Assembly (NCBI GenBank): GCA_963813075.1 | Contig: CAWEXU010000016.1 | Coordinates: forward strand, 33,610-97,609 | DNA from: Methanotrichaceae archaeon | GTDB lineage: Archaea > Halobacteriota > Methanosarcinia > Methanotrichales > Methanotrichaceae | Reading direction: 5' to 3' | Length of the DNA: 64,000 bases | In this document: positions 10,111 to 20,572 of the stretch, piece after piece | Numbering within the stretch: the first letter of the stretch is position 1 | Layout: each line of letters starts with the position of its first letter | Position numbers and translations under genes: made by a program | The notes under the pieces: generated by a model | What the model saw: the letters and a program-made list of their open reading frames with translations, nothing else | Told to the model about the DNA's origin: nothing | The model's database searches: none

Positions 10111-10758
10111 ATGATTATGAGCGACATGTTGGATCCTGTTGAGCTTCTTGACATTCTGGGGAATGAAAATAGAAGGCGCATCCTCCAGCTCCTTTCCTTC
10201 CGCCCCTTTTACTTCAATGAGATGGCTAAGAGGCTGGATGTAGGGCCGAAAGCGGTGATCGACCACCTGGTGATGCTGGAGAGAGCGGGGCTGGTGGAGT
10301 GCTATCAAGAACAGGGAAGGAGAAAATACTTCCGCATAGCCCGGAGGACCATCCTGGAGGTAGCAGTCTCTCCTCACTCCTACGGGGTCCGGGCATATCT
10401 TTCTGAAGATGCTCCAAAGGACGCCCTGGACTTTGATGAGTCGGAGGCCTCTTTGGATCTGAAGCTGCTCAAGGATGAGCTTTTGCTCCTGGATAAAAAA
10501 AGGCATGAGCTGCGCGAGCTATTGGCCGAGATCGAATCGAGAGAGATGGAGATCAAGCAGAAAGCATCCTGTGTTGCCGGATTTCAGGCGGCGAACCAGT
10601 TGGAGTCGGAGATCATGACCGCACTGCTCTGCGGCGGTGCCAATGCCACCGACCTCGCGGCCAGGCTGGAGGTGCCCGAAGCGGTGGTTTTAGATAGCTT
10701 GAATAAGCTCAATGAGCGCGGTGCAGTGCACTTAAGAGGTCAGGAATGGAGCATATGA
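10111..10758 (+). CDS. ArsR-family wHTH regulator, HSR1/Phr-like heat-shock repressor
   Basis: 'LLDILGNENRRRILQLL..RP', 'PKAVIDHL..LERAGLV', 'RRKYF', coiled coil; directly upstream of cdc48. Confidence 0.8.
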   Translation: MIMSDMLDPVELLDILGNENRRRILQLLSFRPFYFNEMAKRLDVGPKAVIDHLVMLERAGLVECYQEQGRRKYFRIARRTILEVAVSPHSYGVRAYLSEDAPKDALDFDESEASLDLKLLKDELLLLDKKRHELRELLAEIESREMEIKQKASCVAGFQAANQLESEIMTALLCGGANATDLAARLEVPEAVVLDSLNKLNERGAVHLRGQEWSI

Positions 10759-13046
10759 GAGCATCTTCTGATAACCCTTCATATAACCCTTCAATAGCGT
10801 CCCCGCCAACTGCAGACAATTCCTCCCCAGAAAAACCCGGCCCCAGCATCGAGGAGATGGTCCAGGGAGGCACGAAGCCCGCAGAGGAAGCAGTCCTGCT
10901 GCGAGTGGCAGAGGCCTATCATAAGGATGCGGGTAAGGGTGTGGCCAGAATCAATCCCGTAATTCTCGCCCGGCTGGGAGTGGAGAACGGCGGAGTGGTG
11001 GAGGTCAATGCCAAGGAGAAGGTCTATGCCATTGCCTGGCCCGGGACTCCTGAGGACCCCCAGGATATAATCAGGATCGACGGAAACACCAGGGCCAACC
11101 TGGGGACGGGAATAGACAACCGGGTGAATATTCGCCGGGCCACGGCCAAGCCCGCCAGGAAGATCGTGGTCGCCCCCACCCGCCAGATCCGCCTCATGGG
11201 AGGGCAGCAGTATCTCTTGCGCATGCTCCAGGGAAGGGCGGTGGTAAAAGGGGAGATGCTGCGGGTGGAGATGATTAACAGCAACCTCAATCTGGCAGTG
11301 GTGAGCACTGTTCCCAACGGCCCGGTGCTGGTAACTCAGGAGACGATAATCAGCATCACCAGGGAGACCCTGGATGAGCTGGCCCTGCATGTGCGGGACA
11401 TATCCTATGAGGACATCGGCGGCCTGTCCAGAGAGATCAGAGAGATCAGGGAGATGATCGAGGTTCCGCTGCGCCATCCGGAGCTCTTCAACCGGCTGGG
11501 AATCAATCCTCCTCGGGGAGTGCTGCTGCACGGCCCACCGGGAACAGGAAAGACGCTCATCGCCAGGGCGGTGGCAGGCGAGACCGACGCCAACTTCATC
11601 TCCATCTCCGGGCCGGAGATCGTATCCAAGTTCTACGGGGAGAGCGAGCAGCGGCTGCGCCAGATCTTCGATGAGGCGACAAAGTCTGCGCCTTCCATTA
11701 TATTCATCGATGAGATCGACTCCATCGCCCCCAAGAGGGAGGAGGTCTCAGGCGACCTGGAGCGGCGGGTGGTGGCCCAGATCCTCTCTTTAATGGACGG
11801 CCTCTCCTCCCGGGGTGAGGTGATAGTGATCGCGGCCACCAACCGCCCCAATGCCCTTGACCCTGCCATTCGCCGGGGAGGCCGATTCGACCGGGAGATT
11901 GAGATCGGTATACCAAACAGAAACGGCCGGCTGGAGGTGCTCTATGTCCACACCCGGGGCATGCCTTTGGATGAATCGCTGGACCTGATGGAGATCGCTG
12001 ACTCTACCCACGGTTTTGTGGGAGCGGACCTTTATGCCCTGTGCAAAGAGGCGGCCATGCGCACCCTGGAAAGGGCTCTGCCCGACCTGGATGTGAAAGA
12101 GGACATTCCATTGGATGTGCTGGACAATCTCAGGGTGACCAGAGAGGATTTCCAATCCGCCCTGAAGAAGATTGAGCCCTCGGCGATGAGAGAGGTCTTC
12201 GTCGAGGTGGCAGAGGTCCACTGGAATGAGGTGGGTGGCCTGGATGAGGCCAAGCAGTCCCTGGTTGAGGCGGTGGAGTGGCCGCTGATGTACCCAGAGG
12301 CCTTCGCCTCGGTTGGCGTCCGGCCGCCGCGGGGAATTCTGCTCTACGGCCTTCCCGGAACGGGCAAGACCCTCCTGGTCAGAGCCCTGGCCACGGAGAG
12401 CAATGTCAACTTCATCAGCGTCAAGGGCCCGGAGCTATTGAGCAAATGGGTGGGTGAGTCGGAAAGGGCGGTCAGAGAGATCTTTCGCAAAGCCCGCCAG
12501 GCTGCTCCCGCCCTGGTGTTCTTCGACGAGATCGACTCCATTGTCCCCGCCCGGGGAAGCGGATCGGACTCTCATGTGACCGAAAGGGTGGTCAGCCAGT
12601 TTCTCACAGAAATGGACGGCCTCTTGGAGCTCAAAGACGTGGTGATCGTGGCGGCCACCAACCGGCCGGACCTTCTGGACAGCTCATTGCTAAGACCTGG
12701 CAGGTTTGATCGTTTGGTTTATATCCCCATGCCGGATAGACAAGCTCGTCAGAAGATACTGGAGATCTATCTCTCAAAGATGGCCGCCCATGAGATCTCA
12801 GCTTTATGGCTGGCGGATATCACTGAGGACTTCAGCGGCGCTGACCTGGAGATGCTCTGCCGGGAGGCGGGAATGCTCGCTTTGCGGGAGCATATCAGGC
12901 CGGGAATGAAGAAAGAAGAGTTGATAATTGATAAGATCCTTGTTACAGAGAAGCATTTCCAGGAGGCCAGCGAGTATATCCGGCCACATCTGTCAAAAGA
13001 TATGCTGCAGGGATATATCAAGATGATACATGAATTCCAGGTATGA
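10755..13046 (+). CDS. cdc48: CDC48/VAT family AAA+ ATPase
   Basis: N-domain plus two AAA modules ([16 protein letters not shown]; '[10 protein letters not shown]', 'RPGRFDRL'); ATGA overlap with the regulator. Confidence 0.95.
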   Translation: MRASSDNPSYNPSIASPPTADNSSPEKPGPSIEEMVQGGTKPAEEAVLLRVAEAYHKDAGKGVARINPVILARLGVENGGVVEVNAKEKVYAIAWPGTPEDPQDIIRIDGNTRANLGTGIDNRVNIRRATAKPARKIVVAPTRQIRLMGGQQYLLRMLQGRAVVKGEMLRVEMINSNLNLAVVSTVPNGPVLVTQETIISITRETLDELALHVRDISYEDIGGLSREIREIREMIEVPLRHPELFNRLGINPPRGVLLHGPPGTGKTLIARAVAGETDANFISISGPEIVSKFYGESEQRLRQIFDEATKSAPSIIFIDEIDSIAPKREEVSGDLERRVVAQILSLMDGLSSRGEVIVIAATNRPNALDPAIRRGGRFDREIEIGIPNRNGRLEVLYVHTRGMPLDESLDLMEIADSTHGFVGADLYALCKEAAMRTLERALPDLDVKEDIPLDVLDNLRVTREDFQSALKKIEPSAMREVFVEVAEVHWNEVGGLDEAKQSLVEAVEWPLMYPEAFASVGVRPPRGILLYGLPGTGKTLLVRALATESNVNFISVKGPELLSKWVGESERAVREIFRKARQAAPALVFFDEIDSIVPARGSGSDSHVTERVVSQFLTEMDGLLELKDVVIVAATNRPDLLDSSLLRPGRFDRLVYIPMPDRQARQKILEIYLSKMAAHEISALWLADITEDFSGADLEMLCREAGMLALREHIRPGMKKEELIIDKILVTEKHFQEASEYIRPHLSKDMLQGYIKMIHEFQV

Positions 13047-13197
13047 CCAGGTTAGAGCCTGGCCCACATGGTCTGATCAATATTTGAAACTGAACAAAAG
13101 AATGGCAAATTTAATGATTTGGAAAGAGAAGAGCATGCAGACAAAGCACCAAATATATAGTCAAGAACAACCAATAATTGCTGTGAGGACCAAAAAA

Positions 13198-15102
13198 TTG
13201 ACTTCAGAAGACGAGTCTAATGAACTGCTCGGCGATATCGATTTCAAGGATACGAGCAGCATAACCGTACCTGAAAGCCTCATAGATCAGGTTATCGGCC
13301 AGGACGAGGCGGTTGAGGTGATCAAGAAAGCAGCAAGCCAGAGAAGGCATGTCATGCTAATCGGGTCGCCTGGTACTGGCAAGTCAATGCTGGGCAAAGC
13401 CATGAGCGAGCTTCTTCCGGTCGAAGAGCTGCAGGATGTTCTGGTCTATGCCAATCCAGAGGATAACAATACCCCCAGGGTTCGCGTCGTGCCCGCGGGC
13501 AGGGGAAAACAGATCGTCGATGCCCAGAAGCTGGAGGCGAGAAAGAAGGTCCAGACGCGAAATATGTTCTTGATGATCATCGTCATGGCCCTGATCGTCT
13601 ACGCCTATTATATGGGCCAGCTCCTGTTCGGAATCATAGCCGCAGCATTGCTATTCATCTCTTTGCGCTATATGCTGCCCAAAGAGGATGCCATGGTCCC
13701 CAAGCTGCTGGTGGACAACAACGGCAAGAAGAAGGCACCTTATGTGGATGCCACCGGCGCTCATGCTGGGGCATTGCTGGGTGACGTCCGGCACGATCCT
13801 TTTCAGTCTGGCGGCCTGGAGACCCCATCCCACGAGAGGGTGGAATGCGGCTCCATTCATAAAGCCCACAGAGGAGTGCTGTTCATCGATGAGGTGAACA
13901 CTCTCCGGCCGGAATCGCAGCAGAGCCTCCTCACTGCCCTCCAGGAAGGGGTCTACCAAATCACCGGCCAGAGCGAGAGGAGCTCCGGTGCCCTGGTGAG
14001 GACCGAGCCCGTGCCCTGCAGCTTTATCATGATCGCTGCCGGGAACCTGGATGCTGTACAGGGAATGCATCCCGCTCTGAGGTCGCGCATCAAGGGCTAC
14101 GGCTATGAGGTCTACATGCGGGACACCATGGAGGACACCCTGGAGAACAGGAACAAGCTGATCAACTTCGTGGCTCAGGAGATCGTAAGAGACGGAAAGA
14201 TCCCCCATTTCACTCAAGATGCAGTGGCGGAGATCATGAGAGAGGCCAAGAGGCGTTCGGGCAGGAAGGGACATCTCACCCTCATGCTCCGCGACCTGGG
14301 TGGCCTGATCAGGGTGTCCGGGGATGTGGCCCGGGCGGAATCCTCTCCGCTCACCGAGGTGAAGCATGTCTTGCTGGCCAAGAAGATGGCCCGTTCGGTC
14401 GAGCAGCAGCTGGCGGACAGATACATGGAGAGGCGCAAGGACTACAGCATGTTCCACTCCTCTGGGGATGAGATCGGCAGGGTCAACGGCCTGGCAGTCA
14501 TGGGCGACTCGGGCATTGTGCTGCCCATCATGGCCGAGATCACTCCTGCTCAATCCAAGGAAGAGGGCAAGATCATCGCCACCGGAAAGCTGCAGGAGAT
14601 CGCCCGTGAGGCGGTCACAAACGTCTCTGTGCTGATCAAGAAGTTCCTGGGCGAGGATATCACCAAGAAGGATGTGCATATCCAATTCATAGGCACATAT
14701 GAAGGAGTTGAAGGCGACAGCGCGTCCATCTCCATCGCCACGGCGGTCATATCCGCCCTGGAAGGAGTGCCTGTGAAACAGACCGTGGCCATGACCGGCT
14801 CGCTCTCAGTGCGAGGGGATGTCATGCCTGTGGGCGGGGTCACTCAGAAGATCGAGGCCGCAGCCCAGGCGGGAATCAAGACGGTGCTCATTCCCAAAGC
14901 AAATATGGGTGACGTCCTGATAGATGATGCCATAAAAGACTTAATCGAGATCATACCAGTAACCAATATCAGTGAGGTCTTTGAGTATGCCATGGGCAGC
15001 CAGAGGACCAGGCTGATAGAGAAGCTGAAGAAGTTCGCCACTGAGAAAAAGATCGGCATCAATATCCCCGAGACGATCCCTACCCCTATCCGGAGCATCT
15101 GA
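13198..15102 (+). CDS. lonB: Membrane-anchored ATP-dependent protease LonB
   Basis: 'GSPGTGKS', TM insert, 'GDVRHDPFQSGGL', catalytic 'VEGDSASI', 'PVGGVTQKIEAA'; probable TTG start at 13198. Confidence 0.93.
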   Translation: MTSEDESNELLGDIDFKDTSSITVPESLIDQVIGQDEAVEVIKKAASQRRHVMLIGSPGTGKSMLGKAMSELLPVEELQDVLVYANPEDNNTPRVRVVPAGRGKQIVDAQKLEARKKVQTRNMFLMIIVMALIVYAYYMGQLLFGIIAAALLFISLRYMLPKEDAMVPKLLVDNNGKKKAPYVDATGAHAGALLGDVRHDPFQSGGLETPSHERVECGSIHKAHRGVLFIDEVNTLRPESQQSLLTALQEGVYQITGQSERSSGALVRTEPVPCSFIMIAAGNLDAVQGMHPALRSRIKGYGYEVYMRDTMEDTLENRNKLINFVAQEIVRDGKIPHFTQDAVAEIMREAKRRSGRKGHLTLMLRDLGGLIRVSGDVARAESSPLTEVKHVLLAKKMARSVEQQLADRYMERRKDYSMFHSSGDEIGRVNGLAVMGDSGIVLPIMAEITPAQSKEEGKIIATGKLQEIAREAVTNVSVLIKKFLGEDITKKDVHIQFIGTYEGVEGDSASISIATAVISALEGVPVKQTVAMTGSLSVRGDVMPVGGVTQKIEAAAQAGIKTVLIPKANMGDVLIDDAIKDLIEIIPVTNISEVFEYAMGSQRTRLIEKLKKFATEKKIGINIPETIPTPIRSI

Positions 15103-15106
15103 TCGC

Positions 15107-16432
15107 TTGACGGCGACGGCGGAGTTCTATGATACCCGCATTCTGCGGGGCAGTCGAACCAGGATCGTTCTGGACAATGGGAAACTTGAGGAGATAGCCC
15201 AGGTGCCCTTCCAGGGGGCATCTGTTCGCGCTCTTTTTGGCGGTGCCTGGGGTTTTGTAACCACCGATCGAGTGGACGATCTTGGCCAGGAGATCGATCT
15301 GGCAGGACGCATCGCCAGGAAGATCGACCGGAAGGAGGATCTTCGTTTGGCCGAGGCTCCGCCGGGCAGAAGCGTCGTGGTGCCCGTTAAGAAGGATCCA
15401 AAAGACCTCTCTTTGGAGGAGAAGGTAGCCCTCCTCAGGGAAATCGAGGACGCAGCGAAGGCTGATGGCGTATCCTCGACCCAGGCGGTTTACTCGGAGA
15501 TGGATCTGGTAGCCCACTACACCAGCTCTGAGGGCCTGGACCTGGAATCAAAGACGACCAGAATGGGTTTTGTGATCAGTGCAGTGGCTCACAGGAATGG
15601 GCTTTATCAGACCGATGGCGAGGGCAGAGCCGGTGTGGGTGGCCTGGAGATATTCGACCGGGAGGACCCCATAGCTTTGGCCAGGCAGGTGGGGGAGACG
15701 GCGGTCGCCCTGCTGGATGCCAGGGCAGTTAAAGGCGGGACTTATCCTGTGGTCCTGGACCAGGAGCTGGCCGGGGTTTTCGTCCATGAAGCGGTGGGCC
15801 ATGCCACCGAGGGGGACATAATCCTGGAGGGCGACTCGTGCCTTGAGGGAAAGCTGGGCCAGAGGATCGGATCGGAGCTGGTGACGGTCAGGGACGACCC
15901 CAGCCTGATGCTAAACGGCTACTATCCCTTCGATGATGAGGGCAGCCTGGCCCAGGAGACGGTTCTGGTGGAGAATGGGGTGCTTCGGTCATACCTCAAC
16001 ACTCGCGAGACGGCCGCCAGGCTGGGGGGTGTGCCGCGCAATGCCCGGGCGGAGGGGATGAGCCGGCCGGTGGTGCGGATGAGCAATACCTACATTGCCA
16101 ATGGCGACTGGAAGCTGGAGGAGATCTTAGAGGAGCTGAAGGATGGTGTCTATCTGGCAGGTAGCCGGGGAGGGCAGGTCAGCACTGGCGAGGGCGTCTT
16201 CCAGTTCAATGCCAAGAAGGGCTATATCATAGAGAACGGAGAGAGGACACAGCTTCTTCGTGATGTATCCTTATCCGGAAAGATCCTGGAGACGCTATTG
16301 CATGTGAGGGCGGTGGGCAATGACCTGAAGTACAACAGCGGCAGATGCGGAAAGTCAGGGCAGCTGGTGCCGGTGAGCGACGGATCGCCTCATTTGCTTG
16401 TTGACAGCGCCACGGTGGGCGGAACGGGATAA
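15107..16432 (+). CDS. tldD: TldD-family metalloprotease
   Basis: 'FVHEAVGHATEGD' HExxGH motif, 'RMSNT', C-terminal 'CGKSGQLVPVSDGSPH'. Confidence 0.92.
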   Translation: MTATAEFYDTRILRGSRTRIVLDNGKLEEIAQVPFQGASVRALFGGAWGFVTTDRVDDLGQEIDLAGRIARKIDRKEDLRLAEAPPGRSVVVPVKKDPKDLSLEEKVALLREIEDAAKADGVSSTQAVYSEMDLVAHYTSSEGLDLESKTTRMGFVISAVAHRNGLYQTDGEGRAGVGGLEIFDREDPIALARQVGETAVALLDARAVKGGTYPVVLDQELAGVFVHEAVGHATEGDIILEGDSCLEGKLGQRIGSELVTVRDDPSLMLNGYYPFDDEGSLAQETVLVENGVLRSYLNTRETAARLGGVPRNARAEGMSRPVVRMSNTYIANGDWKLEEILEELKDGVYLAGSRGGQVSTGEGVFQFNAKKGYIIENGERTQLLRDVSLSGKILETLLHVRAVGNDLKYNSGRCGKSGQLVPVSDGSPHLLVDSATVGGTG

Positions 16433-16502
16433 AGAAGGACTGAAGAAGGACAGAAAAAAGGTCAGAAGAAAGTATCAAGGAAAGATAAAATTAAGCTGGT
16501 CT

Positions 16503-17330
16503 TTATGAGGGTCTGGTATAGCTGCCATTCAATGCTCGATCCAGGCTGCTGTTGACCAGCTCCTGGCTGGTATTGGTTATCTCTGATTTCAGCCAGTCCC
16601 AGGCGGCCCGAGTTGCCCGGTCCAGTTCCTCTCCTGCCGCATCCTCGATTCTGGATAAAAGACCGTTCTGGCTTCCGTTCTGCAATCCATCATTCTTTAT
16701 CTCTTGCTCTTGACCGGATCCGGGCAGGTTCCCTTTCAGCCTCTCTCGCAGATCCTCCTCCACTCTTTGCAGAGGATCAGAGATGCTGTCTTGAGAGTTG
16801 CTTTCCTGAGACTTATTATCCTGAGACATATCGTCCTTCCAGTTTTTTGGATCGAACTCATTGTCCGTCTGATTAACCAGGATCGCATGGCCGGAATCTA
16901 CCAGCAGGATATTGAAGTTGGGATAGGGCATGGGCTGGCCGTAGGCTCCGGCGAGATAGGCTACTGCGACCAGTCTATTCTCATCGTCCCGGCCTTGATT
17001 GGAGAAGTCGTCGATATCCAGGTAGACTCTCTTGTTCATGAGGACAGCATAGGTGAAATCCCTGGCCGCGGGACCTTTGACCGTCTTCATATCCGGTGAG
17101 CTGACATCGGCCAGAGTGACCCCTTCTATGCTGTTTGTTATTCTGGAGTCGGCCTTCTCTATTCTTATGTCGAATGTATCGCCATCGATCACATTTGTGA
17201 CCACCCCATAGACCTCATCCAAAGAGGCCAATGATCCGGGCAGGAGAGATAAGGCGGAAACGATGGTTATGATCAGAAGGCAGAACCAGCAGTGGTAAGA
17301 TATTTTCAATCCCGGATATCTCTTTTTCAT
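16503..17330 (-). CDS. Secreted thermonuclease (SNase-like) domain protein
   Basis: Signal/TM segment, 'VTNVIDGDTF', 'RLVAVAY', 'FNILLVDSGHA'. Confidence 0.7.
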   Translation of the reverse strand: MKKRYPGLKISYHCWFCLLIITIVSALSLLPGSLASLDEVYGVVTNVIDGDTFDIRIEKADSRITNSIEGVTLADVSSPDMKTVKGPAARDFTYAVLMNKRVYLDIDDFSNQGRDDENRLVAVAYLAGAYGQPMPYPNFNILLVDSGHAILVNQTDNEFDPKNWKDDMSQDNKSQESNSQDSISDPLQRVEEDLRERLKGNLPGSGQEQEIKNDGLQNGSQNGLLSRIEDAAGEELDRATRAAWDWLKSEITNTSQELVNSSLDRALNGSYTRPS

Positions 17331-17704
17331 GATACTCTCACCTGCAATTCTACAGATCGGTTTCTGCTGCCGTTAATGGCAGAAAGTCTGTATATGGTAT
17401 CCTCGGATGGAGATACTGATATGGATCCCCTGAGAGCCACCGGGCCGATATCCTGGTCGATCTCGACCAGGCTTGCACCGACCACACTCCAGTTGAGGAT
17501 AGTGGACTGGCCTGGTGCCAGGAATTCCGGTTCAGCATCGAAGAACTCGATGACCGGATAGGGTGATCCCAATAAGTTCAGTGCCAGTATACCCCCGGCC
17601 AGGATCGCCAGCAGGGCTGTAAACCAGATGACAACCCCTGGCGGTGTTTTCCAGAAGGACTTTTGCATCTCCCAGTAGGTCTTTTTTTGAGCCATCGTAT
17701 GCAA
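17327..17704 (-). CDS. Hypothetical membrane-anchored protein with Ig/PKD-like ectodomain
   Basis: One TM helix followed by 'F.AEPE.LAPGQSTILNWSV.GA..VEID..IG.V...GS..VSP...T.Y.L.A'. Confidence 0.6.
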   Translation of the reverse strand: MHTMAQKKTYWEMQKSFWKTPPGVVIWFTALLAILAGGILALNLLGSPYPVIEFFDAEPEFLAPGQSTILNWSVVGASLVEIDQDIGPVALRGSISVSPSEDTIYRLSAINGSRNRSVELQVRVS

Positions 17705-17791
17705 ATATGAGACAATTCTGGTTATTATACTCTGCTCTTTCTATGGGCCGGGGAATCTCACCTTCAATTAGCCTGTTTAATCCCCTCTTTT

Positions 17792-19224
17792 TTACAGCCC
17801 CAGACGGATGTGCTTGATCTCCAGGAATGACTCCAGGCCGTAGTGCCCCAGTTCCCGGCCGATGCCGCTCTCCTTCCAGCCTCCAAAGGGCAGCTGATAG
17901 TCCATCACATTGTTTATGTTGACCCCCACTCCTCCCGCCTCCAGCCTCTCTGCCGCCTGAATGCCTGTGCTGATGTCGCGGGTGTAGACGTATGCTGCAA
18001 GGCCGTAATTCGAGTCGTTGGCCAGCTTTATGGCCTCATCAAGCGTCTTGAATTTCATAATAGGAGCTACCGGTCCGAAGGTCTCCTCTCTCATGATCTT
18101 CATCCTGTGGTCTGCCCGGCCCAGGACGGTGGGCAGGAAGAAGTAGCCCTTATCGAAGGCCTCACCCTCCGGCTCCCGGCCGCCAAAGAGAAGCTCTGCT
18201 CCCTTATCCAGGGCATCGGCAACATGCTCTTTGGTCTTCGCCCTCTGCTCATGGCTGAACATCGGCCCCAGGTCCACGTTCTCCTCCAGGCCGTTGCCAA
18301 TCCGCAGCCGCCGGCCTGATGAATCAACTTATCGGTGAACTCCTCTGCCACATCCTCTGCCACATATACCCGGTTGACGCTGATGCAGATCTGCCCCATA
18401 TTGGAGAAGGCCCGCTGGGCGCAGGCGGCAGCCGCTTTTTCGATATCGGCATCGGCACAGACGATGAAGGGAGCGTGCCCTCCCAGCTCCAGTGAGATGC
18501 GCTTGATATGAAGGGCCGCCTGGGCCATTATCCACCGTCCGGTCTCGGTCTGGCCGGTGAAAGCGATCTTTCGGGAGATGGGGTTTTCCACCAGCTCTGA
18601 GCCCACCTCGCTTCCAGGACCGTGGACCACATTGACCACGCCCGCGGGAAATCCGGCGTCCGAGACCGCCCGAACGAATTCGGTGGCGGCGACGGGGGCC
18701 CGGCTGGGCGGCTTGGCCACAAAAGTGCAGCCCGCAGCCAGGCACGGCCCCACCTTCCAGGATAGGAGGTCCACGGGATAGTTCCAGGGGGTGATGAGGG
18801 CGGCGACGCCCACTGGCTGGCGGAGGACAACACTTCGGCCGCGGGATGTGGACAGCCATTCTCCGATGTTCCTCCTGCCCTCTTCTGCATAGTAGTCCAG
18901 GATATCGGCCGAGGAGAGGACCTCCGCCCGGGCATTCTTCAGGGGCTTTCCCTGCTCCTGGGTCAGCAGCCGGGCTATGGACTCCGCCCTCTCCCGCACC
19001 AGGTCCGCAGCAGAATGCAATAGCTCTGCCCTCTTCTCGCTGGAGGTCCCTGACCAGATAGGAAATGCCTTTTCGGCTGCTTTCAGGGCCGTTTGCGCAT
19101 CCTGGCGAGTGCCCACGGAGACCAGAGCCACAGGCTCCTGGTTTGCCGGATTATAGATCGCCCTCGCCTTCTCTATAGAAAGGGGGAGCTGTTCCCCGTC
19201 GATTATCATATGAGTATGATGCAT
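17792..19224 (-). CDS. NAD(P)-dependent aldehyde dehydrogenase (SSADH-like); frameshift near 18316
   Basis: 'ITPWNYP', 'FTGQT', 'LELGGHAP', 'GQICIS' in ORF 18100..19242; 'EETFGP', 'PFGGWKESGIGRE' in ORF 17792..18277. Confidence 0.88.
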
Positions 19225-19420
19225 GAAAGACCTCCGCGTCACCTATTCTATTCCTCCAGGCTGATAATCTTTGGGCTGGGCTGATCACCTGTAATCGCAT
19301 CGATCTTCAAAAAGCTGAATTGCTTTTCTTTCCAGGACTCCTATAACATTTATATCGGTATAAGAACTGATAGACATCTTAGATGATGGATGAAATAATA
19401 TCGATTGGGGTTCACGATAG

Positions 19421-19747
19421 ATGAAGTCCCCCTGTGAGGAGATCGTCTGGGATGTCCTTCCCAGCATCAGGGCAGCTATCGCCGAGGAGCTGGTCAAGAG
19501 AGGAGTATCCCAAAAAGATGTCTCGAAGATGCTGGGAATCACTCCACCTGCCGTTTCCCAGTATGTCTCCAAAAAGAGGGGCTACAATATCGAGTTCAGA
19601 GAGGATATCAGGGAGGCGATAGGAAAGCTGGCAGAAGATCTTATCGAGGGAGGGGTCGATGACCTGGTGGAAAGAATCTGCGGGGTCTGCCGCATGCTTC
19701 AAGAGGATGATAGCGCCTGTATCTCCACCAAATGTAAAGGCAAATGA
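19421..19747 (+). CDS. Archaeal HTH transcriptional regulator (COG2522-like)
   Basis: 'PCE...VLPSIRA.IA.EL...G.SQ..VSKMLGITPPAVSQY..KKRG' with C-terminal CxxC. Confidence 0.75.
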   Translation: MKSPCEEIVWDVLPSIRAAIAEELVKRGVSQKDVSKMLGITPPAVSQYVSKKRGYNIEFREDIREAIGKLAEDLIEGGVDDLVERICGVCRMLQEDDSACISTKCKGK

Positions 19748-19774
19748 GAATTCCTCTTTTCAGGAACCCAATAA

Positions 19775-20572
19775 ATGAGCCTGGATGACAAGCTAAGAGA
19801 TCTCAAAGATAGAATCCGGGAGAAAGGACGGCTGCTCATCTCATACTCCGGTGGGGTGGACAGCAGCCTCCTGGCCAAACTGGCTCATGATGTTCTGGGC
19901 GAGGGAGCGTTGGCGGTGATCCTGGACTGCGAGACCTATTCCAGAAGCGAGCTGGAGGAAGCAGTTGCCCTGGCAGAATCCCTCGGTCTGAATCTGAGGG
20001 TGGAGAGGTTCACTATTCTCGATGACCAGGCTTTTGTGCATAATCCAGCCAATCGCTGCTATATCTGCAAAAAGAGGTCTATTGCCATTCTCAAGAGGGT
20101 GGCCCGGAAAGAGGGTATCGGTTGCATCGCCGATGGGGTGAACGTCGACGACCTCGATGACTACAGGCCCGGTATTGCCGCCTGTAGCGAGGAGGGGATC
20201 TGGCACCCATTTGTCGATTCGGGGATCAGCAAAAAGGATATTCGCTCCCTGGCTCAGAACCTGGGACTGCCGGTCTGGGACAGGCCCTCTTCCGCCTGTC
20301 TGGCCTCGCGCATTCCCTATAATGAGAAGATCACCGGGGAAGGCTTGCGAATGGTAGAGGAAGGGGAAGAGTATTTGAGGAGTTTGGGTTTTGGTCAACT
20401 GCGAGTGAGGTTGCAGGGGAAGACGGCCCGAATTGAGCTAGTGGAGCAGGAGATGGAAAGGGGGCTGGCCTTCAGGCAGGAGATCGTCATGAGGTTGAAG
20501 GGCATTGGTTTTGAATATGTCACCCTGGACCTGGAGGGCTACAGAAGCGGTAGCCTAAACGAGGTTTTGTGA
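19775..20572 (+). CDS. larE: LarE-family ATP-dependent sulfur transferase (PP-loop)
   Basis: 'SYSGGVDSS', 'NRCYICK', 'DYRPG', 'SACLASRIPY', 'DLEGYRSGSLN'. Confidence 0.88.
   Translation: MSLDDKLRDLKDRIREKGRLLISYSGGVDSSLLAKLAHDVLGEGALAVILDCETYSRSELEEAVALAESLGLNLRVERFTILDDQAFVHNPANRCYICKKRSIAILKRVARKEGIGCIADGVNVDDLDDYRPGIAACSEEGIWHPFVDSGISKKDIRSLAQNLGLPVWDRPSSACLASRIPYNEKITGEGLRMVEEGEEYLRSLGFGQLRVRLQGKTARIELVEQEMERGLAFRQEIVMRLKGIGFEYVTLDLEGYRSGSLNEVL

Noticed and set aside
13651..14685. Long antisense ORFs (344 aa opposite lonB; also 52591..53802, 61616..62461, 57042..57803)
   Set aside because: Shadow ORFs of GC-rich, codon-biased genes with no recognisable motifs
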